From NCBI GenBank assembly GCA_042563375.1, contig JBHPMF010000003.1, forward strand, positions 9,244 through 73,243: a stretch of 64,000 nucleotides of DNA, read 5' to 3'. This document shows positions 37,467-45,952 of the stretch, one piece after another. The notes under the pieces were generated by a model. That model was not told the origin of the DNA. It ran no database searches and saw only the letters and a program-made list of their open reading frames with translations. Each line of letters opens with the position of its first letter. Position 1 is the stretch's first letter. Position numbers and translations under genes: made by a program. This stretch comes from Elusimicrobiota bacterium (lineage in GTDB: Bacteria; Elusimicrobiota; Elusimicrobia; JACQPE01).

Positions 37467-39263
37467 ATGACAGATCCTGTATCTGAGAATAAAACAGCGA
37501 ACAATAGAAAGTGGCTTATCGGTCTCTTTGTATTCTTCTGCGCATTCCTGGTTTACTCGAATACTTTTCAGGGTGATTTCATGTATGGGGATGATGAAGA
37601 GATCGTGCTCCGTAACGCGTATTTACAGGACTGGAAACATTGGCCCAAGCTTTTTACTGAGAATTATAAAGCAGGCGCAGGCACGATCTCGAATTATTAC
37701 AGGCCGTTCCAGATGATGATGTACATGTTCATTGTGCAGACAATAGGCGTGACTCCATGGCCGTTTCATTTCACGAATGTGCTGTTTCATGCCTTGTGCG
37801 GCTTATTTATTTACCTGTTGCTTTTTAAGGTGTTTGAACATAAGATATCGCCTGTCATGGCCGGGTTGGCAGCATTGATATGGGTTGTGCATCCGATACA
37901 TGTTGAGGAAGTGGCGATCCCGACAGGAGTCTGTTCGCCTGCGCATCTTTTCTGGATATTAGCGGGGATACTCGCGTTCTTGAAAGCCGTAAGAGTTCCT
38001 TCTGTTTCCCTCTCCCTTGGCGGGAGAGGGCAGGGTGAGGGGGTTCCGCAAAAATGGATGAAATCCCCATTTATTTATTGGTACATGCTTGCAATGGTTT
38101 CATTCATTCTGGCGGTTTTAACAAAAGAAAGCGCTATTGTATTTCCGGCTCTTGTGCTTGCGTGCCATATTGTTGTTGAGATGAATAAGTCAGATGCCGG
38201 ATATGGGTCTGAGAAGCAGGCGCATAAGCATAAGCACAAGAAGAGACCAATATCCGCGGGAAAATCAGAAGAAACCTCTGCTTTGTCCGGGCTGGCTAAA
38301 AAGCTTTTATATCTGCATCTGCCCTTTTGGGTCCTTGCCGGGATTTACGTGATACTGCGCCTTACCGCGCTTAATTTCGCTAATACCCTTGATTTTTATA
38401 CTGTGCCCAATGAATATACGCAGAATATCCTTTACAGGCTCTACACTCTTTGGACGATAATCGGTTTTGGCTTAAAGATCCTTATTGTCCCCATGGGCCT
38501 GCACCCTGAGAGGTCGTGGCCAGTGTATGTGAATTTCTGGCTTACAGATGTGGTTGTTTCGCTGATGATCATAACAGCCCTGATCGCGGGTGGCTTGTTT
38601 GCGTGGAAGAAGAACAGAGCTGTCACGCTGGGAATTTTCTGGTTTTTCGCGAGTTATTCTCCGATGAGCAATCTGGTGGCTAAGATCAATGCGATTTTCT
38701 GGGAGCACTGGTTTTACACGCCTTCTGTGGGGCTGATAATATCAGGGGTGGGGATGATCGTAATATTTGCAAAACAGAAAATCGCTGGCAGGATATTAGC
38801 CGGTATTGCTGTGCTCGCCGTCATTGCTCTTGGGGCATCGAGTTATCTGCGAAATCCAAACTGGCAATCGCCTTTTTCATATTACAGCTTCATATTAAAA
38901 CATGAGCCCAATTCCGGCAAAACCTGGAACAATCTTGCCATTGCATTGGCTAATATGGGCAAACACGCTCAAGCCATAGAATGCTACACGCGCGCTATTA
39001 ACATTGCTGATCAATACCCCCAAACTCATCATAATCTTGCTAACTCCTATCAACACATGGGGCATCGCGATATGGCTGAAAAGGAATTCTTAAAGGCAAT
39101 TAAGATGAAGCCCAGTTTTTATCATTCGCATCTTGCTCTTGCCGAGATATACATTGGGAAGAATGACAGGAAGCTGGCTATCTTCCATCTTGAGAAAGTC
39201 ATGGAGATCTATCCATACATCCCGCGGGTAAAACAAGCCCTTGAAGCCTTGAAAAAGAACTAA
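37467..39263 (+). CDS. GT-C fold membrane glycosyltransferase (TMTC/PMT-like) with C-terminal TPR repeats
   Basis: Multi-TM N-terminal region with a GDDEEIVLRNAYL first-loop acidic motif. C-terminal TPR (WNNLAIALANMGKHAQAIECYTRAI...). Confidence 0.7.
   Translation: MTDPVSENKTANNRKWLIGLFVFFCAFLVYSNTFQGDFMYGDDEEIVLRNAYLQDWKHWPKLFTENYKAGAGTISNYYRPFQMMMYMFIVQTIGVTPWPFHFTNVLFHALCGLFIYLLLFKVFEHKISPVMAGLAALIWVVHPIHVEEVAIPTGVCSPAHLFWILAGILAFLKAVRVPSVSLSLGGRGQGEGVPQKWMKSPFIYWYMLAMVSFILAVLTKESAIVFPALVLACHIVVEMNKSDAGYGSEKQAHKHKHKKRPISAGKSEETSALSGLAKKLLYLHLPFWVLAGIYVILRLTALNFANTLDFYTVPNEYTQNILYRLYTLWTIIGFGLKILIVPMGLHPERSWPVYVNFWLTDVVVSLMIITALIAGGLFAWKKNRAVTLGIFWFFASYSPMSNLVAKINAIFWEHWFYTPSVGLIISGVGMIVIFAKQKIAGRILAGIAVLAVIALGASSYLRNPNWQSPFSYYSFILKHEPNSGKTWNNLAIALANMGKHAQAIECYTRAINIADQYPQTHHNLANSYQHMGHRDMAEKEFLKAIKMKPSFYHSHLALAEIYIGKNDRKLAIFHLEKVMEIYPYIPRVKQALEALKKN
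38006..38047 (+). repeat. A-like hairpin element embedded in frame in the GT-C/TPR gene
   Basis: TTCCCTCTCCCTTGGCGGGAGAGGGCAGGGTGAGGGGGTTCC is translated as (V)SLSLGGRGQGEGVP. Confidence 0.6.
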
Positions 39264-39312
39264 CCTATTTTTCATTATCCCGGACTTGAACCGGGATCCA
39301 GTACATTATATT

Positions 39313-39362
39313 TTCCCTCCCCCCTGGTGGGGGAGGTTAGGTGGGGGGGATGAAGTTTCTCC
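39313..39362 (+). repeat. A-type element (copy A3), preceded by a reversed D first-hairpin fragment (about 39279-39305)
   Basis: TTCCCTCCCCCCTGGTGGGGGAGGTTAGGTGGGGGGGATGAAGTTTCTCC. Confidence 0.75.
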
Positions 39363-39452
39363 GCTGAGTATAAAGTTTTGATTTTTTACAGAGAATATTC
39401 GATGGGCGGTCGATCCTGGATTGCAGCTTTCAAGGCAAGGATATACTGAGGA

Positions 39453-40664
39453 TCAATTCTTCACTTGTGAGGCTTGCTTAGCTTCAGTGAACACAACCAG
39501 CAAACCTGTGAATCCGTGCATCGCGAAAGAGGTCTCACGTCCTAAAACTTCGAATGAGCTGAACATCCCTATCAAGGGGAATTGGCCGAGATAGGTCTTG
39601 ATCATATCAACATCATGATTCTTCACGGCATAGAGGTCAGCGCCCCTGCCTGTGCAGTTAAAATAAAGCCCGAACTTAGGCTTGCGTCCATCGAGATTCT
39701 TCTTAAGGCTCGCGAGCGATTCACCCATTTTCTGGCTTGCCCATTCCTTTTCTCTTAACACAAAGGCGATATAGGAGCCTTCCTTCAGGTTGTCACCAAG
39801 GAGTATCCCGCCTAAGTGGGTATCAACAGCAAGTATGGGGCGTACGTAAAATTCTGATGGAGGCTGGATCTTTGTTTCCCTTGGGGGAGCAGCCAGTATC
39901 CCCGCGAGCAGGGGCAAGGGCTTTTCCCATGACCTGTTGCTTTTGTTCTCTGAGAGCATTTTTTTCAAGTTTTTCTCAAGTACGACCGCAGCGGGATTTC
40001 CTTCGAGCTCAAGGATCATGTTATTCTGCATTTTTGTGATCTTATACGGGGTTGTGATAGCTCTGCAGCTTTGAGCGATCACAGTATGAGCTTCCAGGTC
40101 GTTCGGGAATCCGAGTAAACAGCATGCTTCGCGCAGGCTTTCATCCCCGAAGAATATGGGAGCTCCCGGAAGCTGTTGAAGGAATGCTGAAGCTCCTCCT
40201 CCCACAAGCGGAAGTTTAAAATGTTTGCAAAGTTCTTCCCAATTATCAGGCTCAAAACATCCAGGGTCTCCGAGCACAGCAATGGAGCCTAATTGCCTGC
40301 GCTTGAATTCATCCACTAAACGGGCATTGTCACCATTGCTCTTCCATAAAAAACTCGGCCATTTTGATATCGTGTCTTTTTGAATGCCAAATACCATAAC
40401 AGCGCAAGCAGGACCTTCTTCGTGTTCTTCTTCCATGGTAAGAACGCCGCTTGCTGATGAGCCCACGATATTAGCGGCTCCTGTGACTTCTCGCACGCCC
40501 TTGAGTATCTGGGAATATTCCCTTGCTCCGTCTGCCTGTGCGAACACGATCACTGTGTCAGCGCGCACAGCACGAGCGTCTCCCATTGCAATGTCGCTTG
40601 CTTCACGTCCTCTTTGAAGGGGATCAGGATTTGATGAAATGCCTACGCCTATAAGATTAGTCAT
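39453..40664 (-). CDS. FIST (N+C) domain protein
   Basis: About 400 aa. Pattern GVGISS...VIVFA.....Y..IL.G......A.IVGSSASG and a later FNCTGRG-type segment are typical of FIST_N/FIST_C. Confidence 0.6.
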   Translation of the reverse strand: MTNLIGVGISSNPDPLQRGREASDIAMGDARAVRADTVIVFAQADGAREYSQILKGVREVTGAANIVGSSASGVLTMEEEHEEGPACAVMVFGIQKDTISKWPSFLWKSNGDNARLVDEFKRRQLGSIAVLGDPGCFEPDNWEELCKHFKLPLVGGGASAFLQQLPGAPIFFGDESLREACCLLGFPNDLEAHTVIAQSCRAITTPYKITKMQNNMILELEGNPAAVVLEKNLKKMLSENKSNRSWEKPLPLLAGILAAPPRETKIQPPSEFYVRPILAVDTHLGGILLGDNLKEGSYIAFVLREKEWASQKMGESLASLKKNLDGRKPKFGLYFNCTGRGADLYAVKNHDVDMIKTYLGQFPLIGMFSSFEVLGRETSFAMHGFTGLLVVFTEAKQASQVKN

Positions 40665-40867
40665 CTTTATTAGCCTACCTCTTAAAGGGGGCTAAGGCAA
40701 GGGGTGTTTCTGGTCGCTTAGCCGGACTTCTTAGTTCCTTCTTTTTCTTTTCTTCTCCTTCGAGGAGAGAAGCCAGGTGAGAGTAAATGAAAAAGTTTTG
40801 CTGTTTATTCTGGATCATGGTTCAGTTTATCGCAAAAATCAGATCAGCCTGATATGCGATTGTATTT

Positions 40868-41629
40868 TTATGGGAAGAAGAGGATTAAAGTTTTGTTTTC
40901 AATGAGCTGGCTATAGTAGCTTCCTGCTAAGCTTACGGAGATGTTGTATGGGGTGTTAGCCGTGACGTTTATCGGTACAGGCGTTATAATGGTGTATGGC
41001 TGCCATCCGCAGCACAGCGTGGTGTCAATACGTGCGGCTTCCGTAGGGGCCCAAAGCCGAAGAATGCGCCCATAACATCCAGCATTATTTCCACATGGAC
41101 CTGTCATTCGACCTTGTGCCATTATGAGTATTTGACCGCTTGCTGTTGGGGTAAATGTTAATGGACCGGAAACTGGGTCTTGGCAGGCAACTACGTCGGG
41201 CAGATAAATATTAGACATTGTTATTGGCGCGTCAAACGCAGTCCAATTTGTTCCATCGTGGTAATACGGTTTTTTGGTCCCAGAGTCATAATCGATCCTT
41301 CCTTCTTCGGGTGTAGGGGAATTAGGATATAGATCCAGGTTCGGAGTCTCTATTATACCGGTAGCTGTTAAATTACCGTTGACATCGAGCGCATATCCCG
41401 AGCTCGGACTTGTTGTGCCTATGCCGACATTACTGCCGGATTGCGTGGCAAGAAGAGTGTTTCCTGTTGAGTGCAGCTCCTTGTAAACTCCGTAAGGAGA
41501 CGGATAATAAGATGTGATCGTGAGCTTTTCCGCTACCAGGGTCACTCCGTAGATCAGGAATCCGAAAAAACCGATGATGATCAAGTCTTTTCGTTCGATC
41601 GATTTTTTGTGCCAAGGTTTTGGATCCAT
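40868..41629 (-). CDS. N-terminally anchored fibre-like surface protein with the TSYYPSPYG motif
   Basis: TM (LIIIGFFGFLIYGVTLV), then AEKLTITSYYPSPYGVYKEL, then NVGIGTTSP...LDVNG and EGRIDYDSGTKKPYYHDGTNWTAF fibre-like motifs. The start at M17 (41629) is preferred over 41677. Confidence 0.5.
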   Translation of the reverse strand: MDPKPWHKKSIERKDLIIIGFFGFLIYGVTLVAEKLTITSYYPSPYGVYKELHSTGNTLLATQSGSNVGIGTTSPSSGYALDVNGNLTATGIIETPNLDLYPNSPTPEEGRIDYDSGTKKPYYHDGTNWTAFDAPITMSNIYLPDVVACQDPVSGPLTFTPTASGQILIMAQGRMTGPCGNNAGCYGRILRLWAPTEAARIDTTLCCGWQPYTIITPVPINVTANTPYNISVSLAGSYYSQLIENKTLILFFP

Positions 41630-41680
41630 GCCGCTATGATATAAAAAATGGAAGATGGCTCCGGCGTGAAAAATCAAGAG

Positions 41681-42072
41681 TTAATGGACATTTCGTGTTG
41701 GTTTTTTGAACCCATTTTTATTTGAAAGAAAGTACGCTACCAACACTTTTTTGCGTTCGATATTAAGACCTCTGTGCCTGTGTAGCAATTCCTTTAATCG
41801 GCTATTAATCCCGCCTTCAATGTGATTGGTTGTTTTCGGGAAACCCTTAAAATCAAGGAAAACAAATAGATTAGGCATGGCCTGTTCAATGCTTCGTTTG
41901 AGCGCCCTGGTACGCCTGTGCGTATACCACCATACACGTTTGCCTCGCGGATTGATGCCTATTGTGCGCTCTTTCAGGAAGTCCTTATAATCAAGGGCAG
42001 TTTTTTTCTGATATCCTTGAATTTCTGTTCTGCTCCGGTAGTCGCATGGGGGATTGTCGCAGGGGAACAGGG
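41681..42072 (-). pseudogene. C-terminal remnant of a DDE transposase (ISL3-like N-x-x-EG-x-N...K...R...G motif)
   Basis: The frame is open from the trmD stop to 41681, with no plausible N-terminal or catalytic half. It ends ...FPKTTNHIEGGINSRLKELLHRHRGL.... Confidence 0.45.
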
Positions 42073-42828
42073 CTATTTTTTCAGAAGGTCGGGCCTGCGT
42101 TTTTGGGTGGCTTTCAGGGCTTGGTCAAGCCGCCATTGTTCTATCTTTTTTGTGTGTCCGCTCAGAAGTATCTTTGGCACGGATATCTTCCTCCACGCTC
42201 TTGGCCGCGTATAATGCGGCCAATCCAGCAAAAGGGCAGCGGGGTCAAAGCTTTGCTTTGCGCTTTTCTCCTGCTGAAAAGCGCAAAGCAAAGCTTTGAC
42301 CCCGATGCTGAAGGAGTCCTCTTTAACAGAAGCTCTTTCCTTTATTACGCCTGGGATAAATCTTGAGATCGCTTCGATCAAGACCATGGCAGGGGTTTCT
42401 CCTCCTTGGGTCACATAATCTCCGATCGAGATCTCCTGGTCAACATATTTGAATATGCGTTCATCAAATCCTTCGTAGTGTCCGCATAAAAGCACGAGCT
42501 GCTTTTGTTTTGACAGGGTTTTTGCGAGTTTTGGAGTGAGCCTGTTTCCCCGCGGGGCAAGGGCGATTATCCCGGGTTTGGTTTTAGGTATTTTACAGCG
42601 CTTCTTTATGTGCTCTATGGTTTTGTAGATCGGGTCAGCCATGAGTACCATACCGGGGCCTCCGCCGTATGGCCTGTCATCAGCTTGCTTATGTTTGCCT
42701 GTTGTGAAATCGCGGATATTATGAAGATGAGTTGTTATCTTGCCTGAGGCAATGGCTTTTCCTATCAGACTTGTTTGAAGAAATCCCGTGAATGTTTCGG
42801 GAAATAAGGTGATTATTTCAAAACGCAT
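42073..42828 (-). CDS. trmD: tRNA (guanine37-N1)-methyltransferase, with a 21-aa palindrome-encoded insert
   Basis: MRFEIITLFPE, DDRPYGGGPGMV, GHYEGFDER, PHYTRP and LLSGH motifs. Confidence 0.9.
   Translation of the reverse strand: MRFEIITLFPETFTGFLQTSLIGKAIASGKITTHLHNIRDFTTGKHKQADDRPYGGGPGMVLMADPIYKTIEHIKKRCKIPKTKPGIIALAPRGNRLTPKLAKTLSKQKQLVLLCGHYEGFDERIFKYVDQEISIGDYVTQGGETPAMVLIEAISRFIPGVIKERASVKEDSFSIGVKALLCAFQQEKSAKQSFDPAALLLDWPHYTRPRAWRKISVPKILLSGHTKKIEQWRLDQALKATQKRRPDLLKK
42241..42303. repeat. Perfect 63-bp palindrome (28-nt arms, 7-nt loop) inside trmD
   Basis: 42241-42268 GGGGTCAAAGCTTTGCTTTGCGCTTTTC is the exact reverse complement of 42276-42303. Confidence 0.95.
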
Positions 42829-42829
42829 A

Positions 42830-42892
42830 CAGGGTCACGTCTAAAGTTTCAAGTTTTTGCAACAAAAACTTGAAACTTTAGACGTGACCCTG
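42830..42892. repeat. Perfect 63-bp palindrome (30-nt arms, 3-nt loop) filling the rpsP-trmD spacer
   Basis: CAGGGTCACGTCTAAAGTTTCAAGTTTTTG-CAA-CAAAAACTTGAAACTTTAGACGTGACCCTG. Confidence 0.95.
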
Positions 42893-43135
42893 TTAAAGCA
42901 GGTTCTGTTTAGCTAGAAGTCTCGCAGCAGATGGGCTTACTTGCGCGCCGTTTTTTCTCCAGTAATCCAGGCGCTCTTTTTTCACGTTCGTGAGTTTTGA
43001 TTCCTTTGCTTTCGGGTTATAGGCGCCCAGAACTTCAATGGGGGGTGTTGTCACGCTTTTTGATGCTTGGGTCACAACAAGCCGGAACAACGGCACTTTC
43101 TTTCTTCCCACTCTTCTGAATCTGATTTTAAGCAT
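42893..43135 (-). CDS. rpsP: 30S ribosomal protein S16
   Basis: MLKIRFRRVGRKKVPLFRLVV N-terminus. 80 aa. Confidence 0.95.
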   Translation of the reverse strand: MLKIRFRRVGRKKVPLFRLVVTQASKSVTTPPIEVLGAYNPKAKESKLTNVKKERLDYWRKNGAQVSPSAARLLAKQNLL

Positions 43136-43144
43136 ATATTGATT

Positions 43145-43858
43145 TTACCTTTTTAGAGCGCGCCATAGGCGCTGTGCGCTCATGGCAGGCCCGTTTTTAA
43201 ACACGCTTGAACCGCATACGAACACATTGGCTCCTGCTGTGCGGGCTTCGCCTATCGTGCCCTCATTTATTCCGCCGTCAACTTCAAGGTATTTGACATT
43301 CGGATATTTCTTGAGCATTGTGCGCGCTTCTTTTATTTTCTGCGTGCACTTCTTGATGTAGCTTTGCCCGGCGAATCCCGGGTCAACAGTCATCACAAGC
43401 AGCAGATCTGCCAGATTAAGAAGCTTTTTGATCTTTGTCAAAGGAGTGCTTGGTTTTATCGCTATTCCCGAGAGTTTGCCGAGCTTATTGATGAGCTTAA
43501 GGCATTTTTCAGGGGAATCCTTGGCTTCAGAATGGACCGTGATAAGATGCGCTCCGCTTTTGGCGAATTCCTCTATCAGTAAATATGGTTTGGAGACCAT
43601 CAAGTGTACGTCGATCACCAGGCGGCTGCGCTGCGCGATCGACGCGACAAGAGCAGGGCCGAATGACAGATTCGGGGTAAAATCCCCGTCCATGACATCC
43701 ACTTGGATCCATTCTATGTTCCCGGCTCTTTCACATTCCTTTATGGCATCTTCAAGGTTCAATGGATCAGCTGCCAGGATGCTGGCTGCGATTATGGGGG
43801 AACCATTGGTTTGCACCCTGATCTTATTGGGTTTTATGCATTTGGGATTTTTATTCAA
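43145..43858 (-). CDS. rpe: Ribulose-phosphate 3-epimerase
   Basis: QVDVMDGDFTPNLSFG, MTVDPGFAGQ and VDGGIN motifs. Confidence 0.9.
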   Translation of the reverse strand: MNKNPKCIKPNKIRVQTNGSPIIAASILAADPLNLEDAIKECERAGNIEWIQVDVMDGDFTPNLSFGPALVASIAQRSRLVIDVHLMVSKPYLLIEEFAKSGAHLITVHSEAKDSPEKCLKLINKLGKLSGIAIKPSTPLTKIKKLLNLADLLLVMTVDPGFAGQSYIKKCTQKIKEARTMLKKYPNVKYLEVDGGINEGTIGEARTAGANVFVCGSSVFKNGPAMSAQRLWRALKR

Positions 43859-44828
43859 TTGTTTCTTCCTCCGTTAACACTCCGTCGAGATATATTCTTG
43901 CGCGAAGCGCGCCAGCGCCTAGTGAGTTGGGTATCGGCACGGACAGTTTCTCGCTCGGGGATACATCCCCTTTAAAGATCTCTTTTTCGCCGCTGGAAGT
44001 GAGTATAGCTATACGCATTTGGCGGGTTCTCTGGGGTCTTGCCGGCAGGCGGTATTCATATGTTCTTTGGGATTTTACTTCCTCGATGATCCTTTTGCCT
44101 ATTACCAGCGCCACGATCGGATTCGATCTTTTTAATCGTCTTCTGGAAAGTATGGTGTCTGCGGGAAGGCTTTGCGATATCACAAGCCCGTGCATTGACG
44201 GGTCTTCCTGCTCTTCGATCGTAAATGAGATCGAGTTTTCCTTGGACCATTCTATGGCCTCTTCCACCGGTTTTTGAGTGAAATCAGGCACAAGGAACTT
44301 GCCTCTCGGCGGGGAGCCAAGGCTTATGGTCACATGCACCATGTCTCCTTTTTCAGCAAGGGAAAATGGTTTTGGATCCTGGCCCAGGATATGTCCGCGG
44401 TCTGCTTTGAGAGAATAGCGTTCCTCCACTTCGCCCAGCAGGAGTTGTGCGAGCTTAAGCTCTATCTCAGCTCTTCTTATGGGCATTTCCGTTAAATCAG
44501 AAACAGCGATCTTTTCACTGCCAAGTGATATCGCAACGTGTACGATATGGCCTTCCCTCACCTTAGCTCCGGCAAGAGGGTATTGCTTGATGATCAGCCC
44601 TGCCGGGATCTCAGGAGCGTATTCCTCGCTTTCTTTAGCGATCGCCAGGTTGATCTGCGACAGGGAATCTATGGCCTGGTAGATGGTTTGCCCTTTGAGG
44701 TCAGTTACGAGCACTTCCTTTCTTGAATGTACCATGGCTTGCATGGAAAGTTCAAGCGCTATGTAGCCCGCGCCTATGAGGATCGCGAACTGAAGCAGGA
44801 ATAACAGGCCCTTTGCCAGATATTTCAT
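43851..44828 (-). CDS. Membrane-anchored protein with three PASTA domains (no kinase or PBP domain)
   Basis: N-terminal TM. Three repeats of V(T/S/P)D(L/F)....A...L......G.........G.I..Q.P.... Confidence 0.75.
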   Translation of the reverse strand: MKYLAKGLLFLLQFAILIGAGYIALELSMQAMVHSRKEVLVTDLKGQTIYQAIDSLSQINLAIAKESEEYAPEIPAGLIIKQYPLAGAKVREGHIVHVAISLGSEKIAVSDLTEMPIRRAEIELKLAQLLLGEVEERYSLKADRGHILGQDPKPFSLAEKGDMVHVTISLGSPPRGKFLVPDFTQKPVEEAIEWSKENSISFTIEEQEDPSMHGLVISQSLPADTILSRRRLKRSNPIVALVIGKRIIEEVKSQRTYEYRLPARPQRTRQMRIAILTSSGEKEIFKGDVSPSEKLSVPIPNSLGAGALRARIYLDGVLTEEETIE

Positions 44829-44945
44829 TATTGTTTCTCAATATGAGTCATTTTTATATTTTTATCGGTCCGGCCAGAAAATCCCATAGCACACAAAGTG
44901 TGAAGCCCCGGCCTTCAGGCTGGGGAATCTGGCGAACAAAGACCT

Positions 44946-45011
44946 GGATCCCGAAACAAGTTCGGGATGAATACAATACGTCTCCAGTAGGGGACGCATT
45001 ATATTCACTTT
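44946..45011 (+). repeat. D-type bipartite hairpin element (copy D4); contains the fmt stop codon
   Basis: GGATCCCGAAACAAGTTCGGGATGAATACAATACGTCTCCAGTAGGGGACGCATTATATTCACTTT. The fmt TGA lies at 45005-45007. Confidence 0.8.
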
Positions 45012-45952
45012 ATATTTTCCCTTAAAATATCCTGTTTTAAACCTTGAATAAAATTCCAGGCAGGCATTGCTTTTTTGCCTTCAGGCTTGACTTCAAGTAT
45101 CACAATACTGCCAGATCCACATTTTACTTTGAAACCCTTTCCTTTGACAATGTCTGTTATCTGGCCGAGGCTCCCCTTGCTCTGATCATTGTCCAATGCT
45201 TGAGCTTTGAGGATCTTGATATTTTTGCCTCCGAGCACGCAAAAGCATACGGGCCACTGCTGATAAGCGCGTATTTTCCTCACAATAATGTCAGCGCTTT
45301 CTTTCCATAAGATACGACCGTCTTCTTTCAATATTTTTTTTGAGTATGTGGCTTTTGAATGATCCTGAGGAGTCTTTGTTATTTCCTTATTGTTGATCTT
45401 TTCAAGACTGCTTAAGAGAAGCTTGATCCCAAGGTCATTGAGGCGCTGTTGGAGTTCAGGCGCTGTTTCCTCCGGGCCTATATCCGCTGGTTCTTGCAGG
45501 AATATCCGGCCGCTATCCATTCCCTCATCTATCCAGAATGTAGTCACTCCTGTCCGTGTTTCATTGCAGAGTATAGCGCCCTCAACAGGGCTGGGGCCCC
45601 GCAGCCTCGGCAAAAGCGAGAAATGAACATTCAAAAATCCTTCTTCGGGGATCGCGAGCAATTCCGCAGGGAAGATCCTTCCATAATCAACGGATATTGC
45701 CAGAAAGGGCATGAAACCTTGCATTGTCTTTAAAAATTCGGGGTCATTGAGCTGGGTTTTAGGTTGAAGGATCGTATCAATGCCAAGCTTAAGAGCTGCT
45801 GCTTTTGCCGGAGGAGGGGTTATTTTTTGGCCGCGGCCCTGAGGTTTGTCTGTTTTGGTGACAAGAGCAAGGATCTCATGAGCGGATCGTTCTTTTATCG
45901 CAGCCAAATGAGCGGCTGCTACTTCTGATGTGCCGAAGAAGATTAGGCGCAC
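45005..45952 (-). CDS. fmt: Methionyl-tRNA formyltransferase
   Basis: MRLIFFGTSE start, NVHFSLLPRLRG motif, and position directly downstream of def. Confidence 0.9.
   Translation of the reverse strand: MRLIFFGTSEVAAAHLAAIKERSAHEILALVTKTDKPQGRGQKITPPPAKAAALKLGIDTILQPKTQLNDPEFLKTMQGFMPFLAISVDYGRIFPAELLAIPEEGFLNVHFSLLPRLRGPSPVEGAILCNETRTGVTTFWIDEGMDSGRIFLQEPADIGPEETAPELQQRLNDLGIKLLLSSLEKINNKEITKTPQDHSKATYSKKILKEDGRILWKESADIIVRKIRAYQQWPVCFCVLGGKNIKILKAQALDNDQSKGSLGQITDIVKGKGFKVKCGSGSIVILEVKPEGKKAMPAWNFIQGLKQDILRENIK

Noticed and set aside
37018-37467. 149-aa minus-strand ORF overlapping the 3' end of the acyl-CoA synthetase gene and the A2 repeat
   Set aside because: It is antisense to a well-supported CDS and extends through repeat DNA, with no motifs.
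41918-42366. Plus-strand ORFs (98, 134 and 81 aa) antisense to trmD and the transposase remnant
   Set aside because: They overlap the strongly supported trmD CDS. The perfect palindrome reads open on both strands, so these are treated as artefacts.
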